Notes under the pieces: generated by a model
Databases searched by the model: none
The model's input: only the letters and a program-made list of their open reading frames with translations
Told to the model about the DNA's origin: nothing
IMG/VR virus record: IMGVR_UViG_3300046786_000121
Coordinates: 31,829 to 95,828 of that record
Origin: a virus
Reading direction: 5' to 3' (one strand)
DNA: 64,000 nucleotides
Shown: positions 38,958-48,501 of the stretch, piece after piece
Position numbering within the stretch: the first letter of the stretch is position 1
How the letters are laid out: each line of letters begins with the position of its first letter
Position numbers and translations under genes: made by a program

Positions 38958-39238
38958 TGGGAAACCTTAAACCAGGAGCCGAATATGTTTATGAACGTCA
39001 AGATGGCGTAGTGTATGCTCGAGAAAAAGGAGCACCTACACAAGAACGTACTGCAATTGGTTGGGACTGGGAACTTGAAACCAACCCTGCTAGGGTTAGA
39101 GGTGCAAGCATAGACAGTATTAGAGAAAATCAATTGTGGTATCAAATAAGACAAGAAGCAATGGTTAATCCTTCTTTGCATGAAGCCTTAGAACGTGTTA
39201 AAATGTTATACTACTTGAGTAAGAACAATGGCAAATAA
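38957..39238 (+). CDS. Hypothetical protein
   Basis: TAATG coupling. Confidence 0.75.
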   Translation: MGNLKPGAEYVYERQDGVVYAREKGAPTQERTAIGWDWELETNPARVRGASIDSIRENQLWYQIRQEAMVNPSLHEALERVKMLYYLSKNNGK

Positions 39239-39704
39239 ACATATAGATCTTTTTAAAGAGATAATCCCAGCAGTAGATTTAGGAATGAAAGATCTATGGG
39301 ATGCAGCCACTGACGAAGGCCGCAAAGAAATTAAAGGAGACTTTTGGAACCTTAATCGTTATATCAGTAATGTTAAGAGTACCAACAGAGAACTTCAAGA
39401 ACATTTTTTATTAACGACTAATGAGTTTTATAATAAAAATTGGGCATTGATTCAAAAGCATCCTAAGCTAGTCTGGCAGACATTATGTTTGTGTAGTCAC
39501 GAAACTAAGAAGACATATTTTCATGAATGGATTCCGTTAAAGAAAGCTAAAAATAAAAAAGTAGAATTTTTAGCAGGACTATTTCCAGATATGAAAATGG
39601 CAGATGTTGAAACATTGGCAGCTATAACTACAGATAAAGAGATCAAAGAATATGCTAAGGACCTTGGTTGGGACAAAAAGCAAATCAATGAAATTAAACT
39701 ATAA
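39228..39704 (+). CDS. Possible clamp-loader small subunit (gp62-like)
   Basis: LNRYIS..NE..N....KHPKL.W..L.......HEWI pattern, size, replication context. Confidence 0.45.
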   Translation: MANKHIDLFKEIIPAVDLGMKDLWDAATDEGRKEIKGDFWNLNRYISNVKSTNRELQEHFLLTTNEFYNKNWALIQKHPKLVWQTLCLCSHETKKTYFHEWIPLKKAKNKKVEFLAGLFPDMKMADVETLAAITTDKEIKEYAKDLGWDKKQINEIKL

Positions 39705-40371
39705 GTGTGAATTTTGTAACAAACTGTTTGCCAAAGAAAAAACTTTGGTTGTGCATATCTGTGAACAAAAAAGAAGACACTTAGGTAAAAATGAAAAACA
39801 TGTTCAGTTAGGACTATTAACCTTTCAGCGTTTCTATGAACTAACTCAACGCACAGCAAAACCTAAAACCTTTGATGAATTTGCTACCAGTAGTTTTTAT
39901 ACAGCATTTGTGAAGTTTGGTAGTTTCTTATCAAACACTAATCCGATATATCCGGAAAGATTTATCGACTATGTTGTTAAAAGTGGTATCAAGTTAGATC
40001 ATTGGTGCCGTGATGAATTATACGATAGTTACATCAGTGAGCTTATTAAAATTGAGCCTGCTGACGGTGCTATACAAAGAACAATTAGTAATATGATGTC
40101 CTGGGGAGATTCCAACAATGCTCCTTGGGAACACTATTTCCAATATGTTAATTTAAACAGAGCTACGCACGACATTAAAGAGGGCCTAATTAGTCCTTGG
40201 ATGGTGTTAAATAGCAAGTCAGGAAGAGACATGCTAAAGCGCATGAACGACGAACAATTGGAAATCATTAGTGCGGTGATCGATCCTCAGTTTTGGGCTC
40301 GACGATTTAAATCATTGCCTGCTGACGTAGAATTAGTTAAAGATGTCATTAAGGAGGCTAAGATACTGTAA
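39688..40371 (+). CDS. C2H2-type Zn-finger protein
   Basis: YKCEFCNKLFAKEKTLVVHIC; start re-called to ATG 39688. Confidence 0.7.
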   Translation: MKLNYKCEFCNKLFAKEKTLVVHICEQKRRHLGKNEKHVQLGLLTFQRFYELTQRTAKPKTFDEFATSSFYTAFVKFGSFLSNTNPIYPERFIDYVVKSGIKLDHWCRDELYDSYISELIKIEPADGAIQRTISNMMSWGDSNNAPWEHYFQYVNLNRATHDIKEGLISPWMVLNSKSGRDMLKRMNDEQLEIISAVIDPQFWARRFKSLPADVELVKDVIKEAKIL

Positions 40372-40595
40372 TGCCAAAACGACCAGAACCAGAGTACGAA
40401 GAAGAAGAATTGAAAGAAAATGAGGAATTTATTTCTCGAGATGATATAGAAATTGAAGTTGTTGTTGGCAATGAATCACCGGATGTGTATGTTAAGTTCA
40501 GTGGTTTCGACGATGAAGAAGATGCTGAAGAATACGCACAATTCTTAGCAGATACATTGCCTCTACTACTATTTGAAAGTACGAGATTACAATAA
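40371..40595 (+). CDS. Small acidic hypothetical protein
   Basis: TAATG coupling at both ends. Confidence 0.7.
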   Translation: MPKRPEPEYEEEELKENEEFISRDDIEIEVVVGNESPDVYVKFSGFDDEEDAEEYAQFLADTLPLLLFESTRLQ

Positions 40596-41164
40596 TGCCG
40601 GATATCGACATAGACTTTGTTGACAGAGAAAAAGCATTATCTCTTTTCAGGCACACTGGTGCTAGTAGAAAAGAAGATGGCAAACTCGTCAAACATAATA
40701 CAGGTGTATACCTACATGAGGTGCCTGTAGATCCTGTCACGGATCTATGTGCAATACCCTACGACGAAGCTGAAGAAGAAAAATATTTTAAAATAGACTT
40801 TCTTAACGTCAGTATCTACAAGGGTGTTAAGGATGAAGATCATTTAAATCGATTACTAACACAGGAACCGTTATGGGAACTACTAAAGGACGACACGTTC
40901 AGCAATCTATTGTTTCACGTAAACGGACATGGTGGGTTATTAAGAGAGACGGCACCACAATCTATAGAGCAACTAGCGGCAGTATTAGCGATGATACGTC
41001 CAGCCAAAAGACATCTAGTTGGAAAAGATTGGCAGACGATTTTGAAAAACGTTTGGGTAAAACCAGACGGAAATGAATACTATTTTAAGAAAAGTCATGC
41101 CACTGCTTATGCTGTTGCTATCGTTGTACAAATGAATTTGATATGCGAGCAGGCAGCAGAATGA
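40595..41164 (+). CDS. dnaE: Miniature DNA polymerase III alpha (family C) catalytic core
   Basis: MPDIDIDF, KHNTGVY, KIDFLN, LAMIRP, FKKSHATAYA in DnaE order within 189 aa. Confidence 0.85.
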   Translation: MPDIDIDFVDREKALSLFRHTGASRKEDGKLVKHNTGVYLHEVPVDPVTDLCAIPYDEAEEEKYFKIDFLNVSIYKGVKDEDHLNRLLTQEPLWELLKDDTFSNLLFHVNGHGGLLRETAPQSIEQLAAVLAMIRPAKRHLVGKDWQTILKNVWVKPDGNEYYFKKSHATAYAVAIVVQMNLICEQAAE

Positions 41165-41733
41165 ACTTAGATAAAGACGCATTTAGTTCTGCACAAGTAC
41201 AATCAAAATTATGGTTAGTACAACAATTAGAGTATTGTCTAAATGAAATGCACCCCACTGACAGTGACAATGGTTTTAGAATTTGGATACTTGCAGGCTG
41301 GTATGGATTGACTAATTTTCTAATTCGTACACGTAACAAAATACCTGTATTAGAAGTTAGAAGTTTTGATATTGATCCTAGCTGCGAAGAAATTGCAGAT
41401 AGCATTAATAATCTTTGGGTGTGGCAGGCATGGCAATTTAAAGCTCGCACTGGAGATATTAATCAATTGGTATATTCTCCAAAACCGGATGTTGTTGTAA
41501 ACAGTGCCATTGAGCACATGTCAGACAATGCGTGGTGGGATAATATTCCAGAAGGTACTATTGTTTGCTTACAAAGTAGTAACATGGATCATGATGATCA
41601 TGTAAATGTATTTTCTAATACTAGGGATATGTTAGAAAAATATAGATTACAAGAATGTTATTATGAAGGGGTGAAGAGATTTCAATACGACGATTCAGCA
41701 TTTAATCGTTGTATGATTATTGGTGTTAAGTAG
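41161..41733 (+). CDS. Class I SAM-dependent methyltransferase-like protein
   Basis: SKLWL, ILAGWYG, SFDID, VVNSAIEH. Confidence 0.7.
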   Translation: MNLDKDAFSSAQVQSKLWLVQQLEYCLNEMHPTDSDNGFRIWILAGWYGLTNFLIRTRNKIPVLEVRSFDIDPSCEEIADSINNLWVWQAWQFKARTGDINQLVYSPKPDVVVNSAIEHMSDNAWWDNIPEGTIVCLQSSNMDHDDHVNVFSNTRDMLEKYRLQECYYEGVKRFQYDDSAFNRCMIIGVK

Positions 41734-42097
41734 GTTTTCTAAGTAAAGTAATAGACTTTCGTTTAATACGTTTTACAATAATATCATTAAGACTAGTGCA
41801 AGGGCCAAATATAACTTTTACATCTTTTGTTGAAAAGTTTCTTATTGAGTATCGGAAATCTACAATTTCTCTTAGTAGAAAGATATTAATAGGAATCTGT
41901 CTGTTTGATTCCCACCACCAAGTTTCACCTAATGCTAAGAATCTAGCCTTATCAACGTCTGTTTTGATAAGACTATAATCATACATACTTGTAACCTGTG
42001 CGTCCTGATTAATGATGATGCCTACGTATTCCTGATCTACATGGTTTAACACGCTGATAAATGGAAAGTTCTGCTGTAAATTTTCTGTTATTCTCAT
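41726..42097 (-). CDS. Hypothetical protein
   Basis: 123-aa ORF, fills gap. Confidence 0.75.
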   Translation of the reverse strand: MRITENLQQNFPFISVLNHVDQEYVGIIINQDAQVTSMYDYSLIKTDVDKARFLALGETWWWESNRQIPINIFLLREIVDFRYSIRNFSTKDVKVIFGPCTSLNDIIVKRIKRKSITLLRKPT

Positions 42098-42124
42098 AGA
42101 TAAATATTGCTAAAGGTCCATAGT

Positions 42125-42940
42125 ATGCAAGCAATTTCAGTTTATTTATATCCAAACAAACTCGATGTATTTACAAATTTGCCGTCTGAATGGCTACAAG
42201 AGAGGTATCGTCAAGTGTACAATAGAAACGTTAAGATTTACAGAGGTGTAGATAATAGAGTAGATCTACAGGCTAGAAACTCTGATGAGAAAAAGCAAGA
42301 TATGACAGGCTATACTCTAGTGTTTCGTTTAATTGCTCGCGAAACACAAGAACTACTATTAGAAAAAGATTGCACAAGTATTAGTCTAACTGATGGTAGA
42401 GCATATGTTACATTAACTGAAGCAGAATTAGCTAACATAGAACCTGGATCATATCAATACTCAGTTGTTAAAGAAGTTAGAACAGATATAGACGAAGATA
42501 CGTATGTTGTTACTAGTAGAACACCTATGTATATCGATAGCCAATACGGCACATTAGCAACTATAGAAATTGGAAAAGGACTTAAAGGCGAACCATTAGA
42601 AACTACCAAAGTCATTGCTTTTAGTAAGCACCAATCCTTTGGAGAACCGTTTGACACTTACTATGTTAGTAGCATTATAGATGCTAGACCAGAATTATCA
42701 TCACCACAGAGCTTGCATACATTTCAAATCAACTTGTCAGCATATTCGGGCAACCTTACAATTCAAGGAAGCATTAGTGACGGTGGCAATCCACAAGTTT
42801 GGACAACTATAGAATCATTTACAGCTACAGATAGCTCTACTCTATATAAGAATGTTACTGGAAAGTATAATTGGTTTAGAGTAAAACATACACCTAGCAC
42901 CGCAAATACAGGAACTGTTGACAGTATATTATACAGATAG
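42125..42940 (+). CDS. Virion structural protein (BppU-like Ig domain)
   Basis: KIYRGVDN...VTLTE.EL..IEPG.YQYSV; G.YNWFRV; TAAATA at 42101. Confidence 0.6.
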   Translation: MQAISVYLYPNKLDVFTNLPSEWLQERYRQVYNRNVKIYRGVDNRVDLQARNSDEKKQDMTGYTLVFRLIARETQELLLEKDCTSISLTDGRAYVTLTEAELANIEPGSYQYSVVKEVRTDIDEDTYVVTSRTPMYIDSQYGTLATIEIGKGLKGEPLETTKVIAFSKHQSFGEPFDTYYVSSIIDARPELSSPQSLHTFQINLSAYSGNLTIQGSISDGGNPQVWTTIESFTATDSSTLYKNVTGKYNWFRVKHTPSTANTGTVDSILYR

Positions 42941-42946
42941 TATAAT
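42918..42946 (+). promoter_or_regulatory. Consensus sigma70 promoter (leaderless primase mRNA)
   Basis: TTGACA-17-TATAAT, 6 nt before ATG. Confidence 0.88.
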
Positions 42947-42952
42947 AATTGT

Positions 42953-43966
42953 ATGACTCTGGTTCTTGATAAGTTTCGTGCATTACTACCTCCTAAGACA
43001 AAGTCCAGCCCTAGCGGCTGGTTAAGTTTTAACGCTCCCTGTTGTCATCATCGCGGACACGCACATGATACACGTAAACGAGCAGGCGTTATGTTTAGTG
43101 ACGGAGTTGTTTATAATTGTTTTAATTGTAAATATACCGCTAATTGGCAACCAGGCAGAAGTCTAACAGAAAAATTTAAAAACCTGTGCAGATGGTTAGG
43201 AGCAAGTGACGACGAAATCAATACTATGATTTTTGAGGCACTGAAAACAGAAAGCCCCGAATACAAGCCAGAAGAATTCAAAGCAAAAATAGAGTTTACG
43301 GATAAAGAATTACCAGACGGTGCAATGCCGTTAGTTGATTGGCTAGATGCTAAACTTACCGAAGAGGAAGAAAAGCAATTAGTTAAAGTTGTCGAATACG
43401 TTGTAGATCGAGGATTTGATCCGCTAAGTAAAAACTTTTATTGGACACCCGAAGCCGGATATGCAGATAGAGTTATTCTACCATATTTTTATCAAGGTAG
43501 GATTGTAGGTAATACAGCACGTAAGATTAGAACTGGTATGCCTAAATACATATCAGATCAACATCCGTTCTTTGTCTATAATGTAGATAGTCAAGACGAA
43601 GATAATCAATATATATTTGTAGTAGAAGGACAGTTTGATGCTTTGTCAGTAGGGGGTGTTGGTTTACTCACCAACGAAGTGTCAGAACAACAGGCTAGGA
43701 TAATTAATAGCATGGGCAAGAAAGTTATTGTAATACCTGACCAAGACAAGGCAGGCACAGTACTAATGGAACAAGCTTCGGCGTTAGGTTGGGCTGTAGC
43801 ATTTCCTAGTTGGGAACCACACATTAAAGATTGTGCTCAAGCTGTAAAAGAATACGGCAAATTGTTTGTGATTGTTGATGCGATAAAAACAGCCACAACA
43901 AACTTAGGTAAAATCGAAATTGAAAAAATTCGATTGTTAAACAAATCGGAGAAACAGGATGCTTAA
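42953..43966 (+). CDS. DNA primase (gp61-like)
   Basis: Zn ribbon NAPCC...YNCFNC; TOPRIM VVEGQFDA, PDQDKAG, IKD. Confidence 0.9.
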   Translation: MTLVLDKFRALLPPKTKSSPSGWLSFNAPCCHHRGHAHDTRKRAGVMFSDGVVYNCFNCKYTANWQPGRSLTEKFKNLCRWLGASDDEINTMIFEALKTESPEYKPEEFKAKIEFTDKELPDGAMPLVDWLDAKLTEEEEKQLVKVVEYVVDRGFDPLSKNFYWTPEAGYADRVILPYFYQGRIVGNTARKIRTGMPKYISDQHPFFVYNVDSQDEDNQYIFVVEGQFDALSVGGVGLLTNEVSEQQARIINSMGKKVIVIPDQDKAGTVLMEQASALGWAVAFPSWEPHIKDCAQAVKEYGKLFVIVDAIKTATTNLGKIEIEKIRLLNKSEKQDA

Positions 43967-44075
43967 CAAACTATTAGATATACTCACCTATCCGTGGAGG
44001 AGATATCAAGAAAAGAAAGCATGGAAAAAGAGATTAGCTGAATTAAAAAAGCGTGATCCTTTCATCTACAAATGA
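43959..44075 (+). CDS. Small basic peptide (38 aa, not in ORF track)
   Basis: MLNKLLDILTYPWRRYQEKKAWKKRLAELKKRDPFIYK; SD GGAG; ATGA coupling to next gene. Confidence 0.7.
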   Translation: MLNKLLDILTYPWRRYQEKKAWKKRLAELKKRDPFIYK

Positions 44076-45022
44076 TACAATGGGGAATTAATGCTCTTAA
44101 TCACGGCAGCAGTCTTGCGGTGTTTAAGGATAACAAACTTATTTCAAATCAAGCGTGTAATAATGATGAACTAGACAGTTCAGTTATTAGGAATGCACTG
44201 CATAATGGATCACCTGATTTTATTTTTTGGTATGAACAGCCTTGGATTAAAAAGGCAAGACAATTAAAAGCCAAACAATGGAATAGAGCATTTGATCTAT
44301 CAGTCTTGCCAAAAAGTTATCTTAACAGAATACGAGTAAATTATGCGCCAGTCAATTATACACCGCATCATGCTAGTCACGCAGCCGCAGGCTACTATAC
44401 CAGTCCTTTTAATCACGCTGCTATTGTGGTACTCGATGCAATAGGCGAGTTTGAATGTGCGACTATCTGGGAAGCCAAACATGGTGAGATGAAAAAAGTT
44501 TGGAGTCGCAGTTATCCAAACAGTCTAGGATTATTCTATAGTGCGTTCACTGATTTCTTAGGAATGACACCTATTCAAGATGAATACCTACTTCAACAAA
44601 TGGCAACGAAGGGTGATCCTAAAAGATTTAGAGATAGCGTTAAACTTTATTTTAAGAAAGGCACACTGAATCTAGATTATAATTTTCACAAGGGCATTCA
44701 AGACTGGAGTTGTGAAACATGGAGTGAAGAAGATAAGTGCGATCTAGCTGCTGCTGTACAAGAAGAATTTGAAATACAAGTTGGCAGCGTTATGATGACT
44801 GCTAAACATTTAACTGGTTCAGATTGTCTAGTGTACATGGGCGGTTGCGCTATGAATTCTAAAGCAAATAAGAATGAAGTAGAGCCAAGATTTAAACACA
44901 TATGGTCATTGCCAAACCCAGGAGACCCTAGCAGTTCAATCGGTGCTGTGTTATATCATACAAAACAACGAGTGTGGGATTATAATTTTGGTGTTGTAAA
45001 ACACATACGGATTAGTGTATAA
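44072..45022 (+). CDS. Carbamoyltransferase (NodU/CmcH/TobZ) N-terminal Kae1-like domain only
   Basis: HHASHAAAGYYTSPF, VLDAIGE, SLGLFYS, DLAAAVQ, GGCAMN, PGD.S.SIGA. Confidence 0.85.
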   Translation: MIQWGINALNHGSSLAVFKDNKLISNQACNNDELDSSVIRNALHNGSPDFIFWYEQPWIKKARQLKAKQWNRAFDLSVLPKSYLNRIRVNYAPVNYTPHHASHAAAGYYTSPFNHAAIVVLDAIGEFECATIWEAKHGEMKKVWSRSYPNSLGLFYSAFTDFLGMTPIQDEYLLQQMATKGDPKRFRDSVKLYFKKGTLNLDYNFHKGIQDWSCETWSEEDKCDLAAAVQEEFEIQVGSVMMTAKHLTGSDCLVYMGGCAMNSKANKNEVEPRFKHIWSLPNPGDPSSSIGAVLYHTKQRVWDYNFGVVKHIRISV

Positions 45023-45030
45023 TAGTTAAT

Positions 45031-46464
45031 ATGATTAAAGATTACGGTTACGAAGTACAAAAGTTATATCTTGAACTAATGATGGCAGATGCGGAAGTAT
45101 TTGTTCGTTGTCAAGGTATCTTTGACCACACGTTGTTTGATAGAAAGTTACAAGACGCCGCGGAATTCATCAATGAATATGCCAAAGGCTATAATGTATT
45201 GCCAGACTTTGAAATGGTTAATGCAAGTTGCAGAACTGATCTAAAGAAACCTGAAGAAGTTAAAGAAGGGCACATGGATTGGCTCTTAGACGAATTCGAA
45301 AATTTTACTAGACACAAAGCACTTGAAAGAGCAATTATTAAAAGTAGTGAACTGCTTGAGAATAAAAATTATGGCGAAGTAGAAGCACTAATCAAAGAAG
45401 CTGTACAGATTGGTCTTGCTCGTGATATGGGTACAGATTACTTTGCTGATCCTCGCGGACGACTATTAGGACTTAAAGATAAGAACGGTCAGGTGTCTAC
45501 TGGTTGGGCTACTATGGACAAGAGATTGTTTGGTGGGTTCAACCGAGGAGAGCTTAATATCTTTGCAGGTGGATCTGGTGCAGGTAAGTCGTTGTTCTTG
45601 GCTAATCTAGGTGTAAACTTTGCAATGACTGGATTGAATGTTGTATACCTAACACTAGAACTTTCAGAAGCACTTGTATCGATGCGTATCGACTCAATGG
45701 TAACTGGTGTGTCGACTAGAGAGATCTTTAAGGATCTTGACGATGTTGAAATGAAAGTTAAGATGATTGGTAAGAAGGCAGGCATGTTACAGATTAAGTA
45801 TATGCCCAGTGGCAAGACAACCAACGACATTCGTGCATATCTAAAAGAATATGAAATCAAGTGCGGAAAGAAAGTTGACGTATTATTAGTTGACTACTTG
45901 GACTTGTTAATGCCTATTGGTAAGAAGATTTCGGCAGAGAACTTGTTTATTAAAGACAAGTATGTGTCAGAAGAACTTCGTAATCTAGCAATGGAAAAGA
46001 AGTGTGTGTTCGTTACTGCGGCACAGTTGAATCGAGGTGCTGTTGAAGAAGTTGAATTCGATCACAGTCATATCTCGGGTGGTTTGTCAAAGATTCAGAC
46101 AGCGGATAACGTGTTTGGTATCTTCACAAGTCGTGCAATGCGTGAACGTGGCAAGTATCAATTACAGTTAATGAAGACACGCAGTTCAAGCGGTGTTGGT
46201 ATGAAGATTGACTTAAACTTCGATATTGAAACACTAAAAATTACAGACTGTCCTGAGGACGAGCAAGAAAATAACGGTGCTACAAATAGAGGTAGTAGTA
46301 GCATTATTGAAAGCATTAAAGCACGTAGCACAGTTAAAGCTGATGCAGACGGAGTTATTAGCGATGATCCAACAGAGGGTCGATCTTTGGGCAAGGTTAG
46401 AGCTAACGTAGAAAGTAGCAAGCTCAGAGAAATTTTAAACAATCAATTTGGCGATGAAGACTGA
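45031..46464 (+). CDS. Replicative DNA helicase (gp41/DnaB-like)
   Basis: AGGSGAGKS, YLTLELSE, VDYLDL, TAAQLNR, TAD, MKTR. Confidence 0.95.
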   Translation: MIKDYGYEVQKLYLELMMADAEVFVRCQGIFDHTLFDRKLQDAAEFINEYAKGYNVLPDFEMVNASCRTDLKKPEEVKEGHMDWLLDEFENFTRHKALERAIIKSSELLENKNYGEVEALIKEAVQIGLARDMGTDYFADPRGRLLGLKDKNGQVSTGWATMDKRLFGGFNRGELNIFAGGSGAGKSLFLANLGVNFAMTGLNVVYLTLELSEALVSMRIDSMVTGVSTREIFKDLDDVEMKVKMIGKKAGMLQIKYMPSGKTTNDIRAYLKEYEIKCGKKVDVLLVDYLDLLMPIGKKISAENLFIKDKYVSEELRNLAMEKKCVFVTAAQLNRGAVEEVEFDHSHISGGLSKIQTADNVFGIFTSRAMRERGKYQLQLMKTRSSSGVGMKIDLNFDIETLKITDCPEDEQENNGATNRGSSSIIESIKARSTVKADADGVISDDPTEGRSLGKVRANVESSKLREILNNQFGDED

Positions 46465-46690
46465 GCGTATTGAATTATTAAAGTGGTTGCCCTCTGAGGG
46501 CGAAAATATCGAAATAGATTGGCCCAAAGTACATAAAACCATAGGCGTAGATCACACCAAATGGTTATTAAAACAAGAACTTAATCATTGCCAGCTTATA
46601 CTAGAGCGCAATGATATGTATTGTAGATTAGTTGCTGAATTCTACCACGAACGCACATTATTAAATTATCATCTAATGTGGGCTAAATAA
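46454..46690 (+). CDS. Hypothetical protein
   Basis: Overlaps helicase stop. Confidence 0.65.
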   Translation: MKTERIELLKWLPSEGENIEIDWPKVHKTIGVDHTKWLLKQELNHCQLILERNDMYCRLVAEFYHERTLLNYHLMWAK

Positions 46691-46693
46691 TGA

Positions 46694-47056
46694 ATGCGAG
46701 CAAAAGAATTTATTGTAGAACGTAGCAGCAGGCCCTTAAGAAAAAGCGCCAAAGCGTCAATCAGCGGCTTACGCAAAAACGCAGCCCTAGATAATAACAA
46801 TCACCCATATCTAGCATATAGAATGGGTATTGCTATGGCAGGTAGTCCAGACTATCCAATGGATCAGAGCGGTCCGTTAGGCAGTAGTTTTGTTACCACA
46901 GATTACACAGATGCAGATACAGAGATTCGTAAAGGTGCTGAAAAAGTCATGGGTGTACGAAGCCAAGAAGTTTCAGGCAAAGGTTCTGCAGAAATGGATT
47001 TAGTTAACACACAAGCAATTGTAGCTAAACCAAAAAAGAATAAGTACGGAGTTTGA
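46694..47056 (+). CDS. Putative internal head protein
   Basis: TAAATA 4 nt upstream; MRAKEFIVE N-terminus. Confidence 0.6.
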   Translation: MRAKEFIVERSSRPLRKSAKASISGLRKNAALDNNNHPYLAYRMGIAMAGSPDYPMDQSGPLGSSFVTTDYTDADTEIRKGAEKVMGVRSQEVSGKGSAEMDLVNTQAIVAKPKKNKYGV

Positions 47057-47057
47057 T

Positions 47058-47756
47058 GTGCTGTTACGTGAATTTGCAGAAACGCCAGTCGTCACAATTA
47101 ATAAGCGCCTAAATCCTAAACTATGGAATGATGGCAAACTTGATCTAGCCATTGCAGACAAGTTAAAAGAAATTGCAGAAGCATTTGTAGAATTTGTCGG
47201 TATTGATTTAGATATCGTTGATTTAACTATCACCGGATCTAATGCTAATTATACCTGGACAGATCACAGTGACTTAGATCTGCATGTTATTGTTTCTGGT
47301 TTACCATCAGACAACGATAGAGAACTATTCAATGCTAAAAAGACTCTTTGGGGTGATCAACACGATATCACTATCAAAGGTATGCCCGTAGAATGTTACG
47401 TTCAAGGTCAAGACGAAAAACACCACAGCACAGGCGTCTATAGCCTGTTAAACGCGGCGTGGATTGTTGAACCTAAAAAGATAAAGCCTCAGGTAGATGA
47501 TGCTGCTGTAGAAGCTAAAAAAGACGCTGTACTGCATGATATAGAAGTAGCTCTACTCAGTAAAGACTTAGAAAAGATTCGCACTGTTAAAGACAAGATA
47601 GTTAAGATGCGCAAAGCAGGCTTAGAACGTGCCGGAGAGTGGTCAACAGAAAACCTAGTTTTCAAAATAATTCGAAACCTAGGTTTGATTGATCAAATTG
47701 CGGAAAAGATCCGCGAACTTGAAGATGAGCAGTTGAGCCTAGAGCAGGCCCAATAA
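47058..47756 (+). CDS. Pol-beta superfamily nucleotidyltransferase
   Basis: ITGSNANY.W...SDLDLH (hG[GS]..DxD) plus VECYVQ third acid. Confidence 0.8.
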   Translation: MLLREFAETPVVTINKRLNPKLWNDGKLDLAIADKLKEIAEAFVEFVGIDLDIVDLTITGSNANYTWTDHSDLDLHVIVSGLPSDNDRELFNAKKTLWGDQHDITIKGMPVECYVQGQDEKHHSTGVYSLLNAAWIVEPKKIKPQVDDAAVEAKKDAVLHDIEVALLSKDLEKIRTVKDKIVKMRKAGLERAGEWSTENLVFKIIRNLGLIDQIAEKIRELEDEQLSLEQAQ

Positions 47757-47761
47757 TTAGG

Positions 47762-48469
47762 TTAATCGTCGCTGTTCTTAATACCGAACAACTGTAACAA
47801 GTTGATAAACAAGTTAATAAAGTCCAAGTAAAGGGTCAATGCACCCATAACTTCTACTGCGGTGCTATCACCGTCATCTACGCTAACCATTTCACGAATC
47901 TGTTGTGTGTCATAAGCAGTAAGTGCCAAGAACACTAAAATTGCAATAGCACTAATAAACATCTGTAGGGCCGTGCTGCCAATAAAGATGTTAATGATAC
48001 TAACAATGATAATAGCAATCAGCGCAATGAACGCATACTTGCCAATGCTGTCCAAACTTCGTTTAGTAAAGTAACCGTAAAAGCTCATTACCCCAAACAG
48101 TACAGCAGCTCCCATAAATGCTGATACAATACTAGCCATTGTATAGACAGCAAATACCACAGCAAGACTCAGGCCCATAACGGCAGCAAATGCACACAGG
48201 GTTAGAACAGCAACTTCCTTTGGGGGATCACTGTTAAGAATCACGGGCACAACAAACACAAATGCCAGAGGCGCTAGCATAACGACCCAGTGCATGATAC
48301 CTGTGAAGAAAAACTTAACTAGCTCGGGATTCAATCCCACGTAGGCTGATACCAGCATACTTACAAGTGTAGCTAGGCCCATATAGGCATAGACACGGCC
48401 CATGGCTTGATTAATAGCCGGTGCATCCCTGTAGATGCTAGTAGACATAAAATTGCCCAAAGTACTCAT
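47762..48469 (-). CDS. Bax inhibitor-1 / YccA family membrane protein
   Basis: About 7 TM segments; VYAYM, YGYFTKRSL, TAYDTQ.I, GALTLYLDFINLF. Confidence 0.93.
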   Translation of the reverse strand: MSTLGNFMSTSIYRDAPAINQAMGRVYAYMGLATLVSMLVSAYVGLNPELVKFFFTGIMHWVVMLAPLAFVFVVPVILNSDPPKEVAVLTLCAFAAVMGLSLAVVFAVYTMASIVSAFMGAAVLFGVMSFYGYFTKRSLDSIGKYAFIALIAIIIVSIINIFIGSTALQMFISAIAILVFLALTAYDTQQIREMVSVDDGDSTAVEVMGALTLYLDFINLFINLLQLFGIKNSDD

Positions 48470-48501
48470 TGCAAACTCCTTTAACGGTTGATAATAAGTT
48501 T

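Noticed and set aside
17346-46464. Inteins or introns in TerL, UvsX, UvsW or helicase
   Set aside because: Normal lengths and contiguous motifs. The 38107 ORF is beta-rich but lacks Hint terminal C...HN residues
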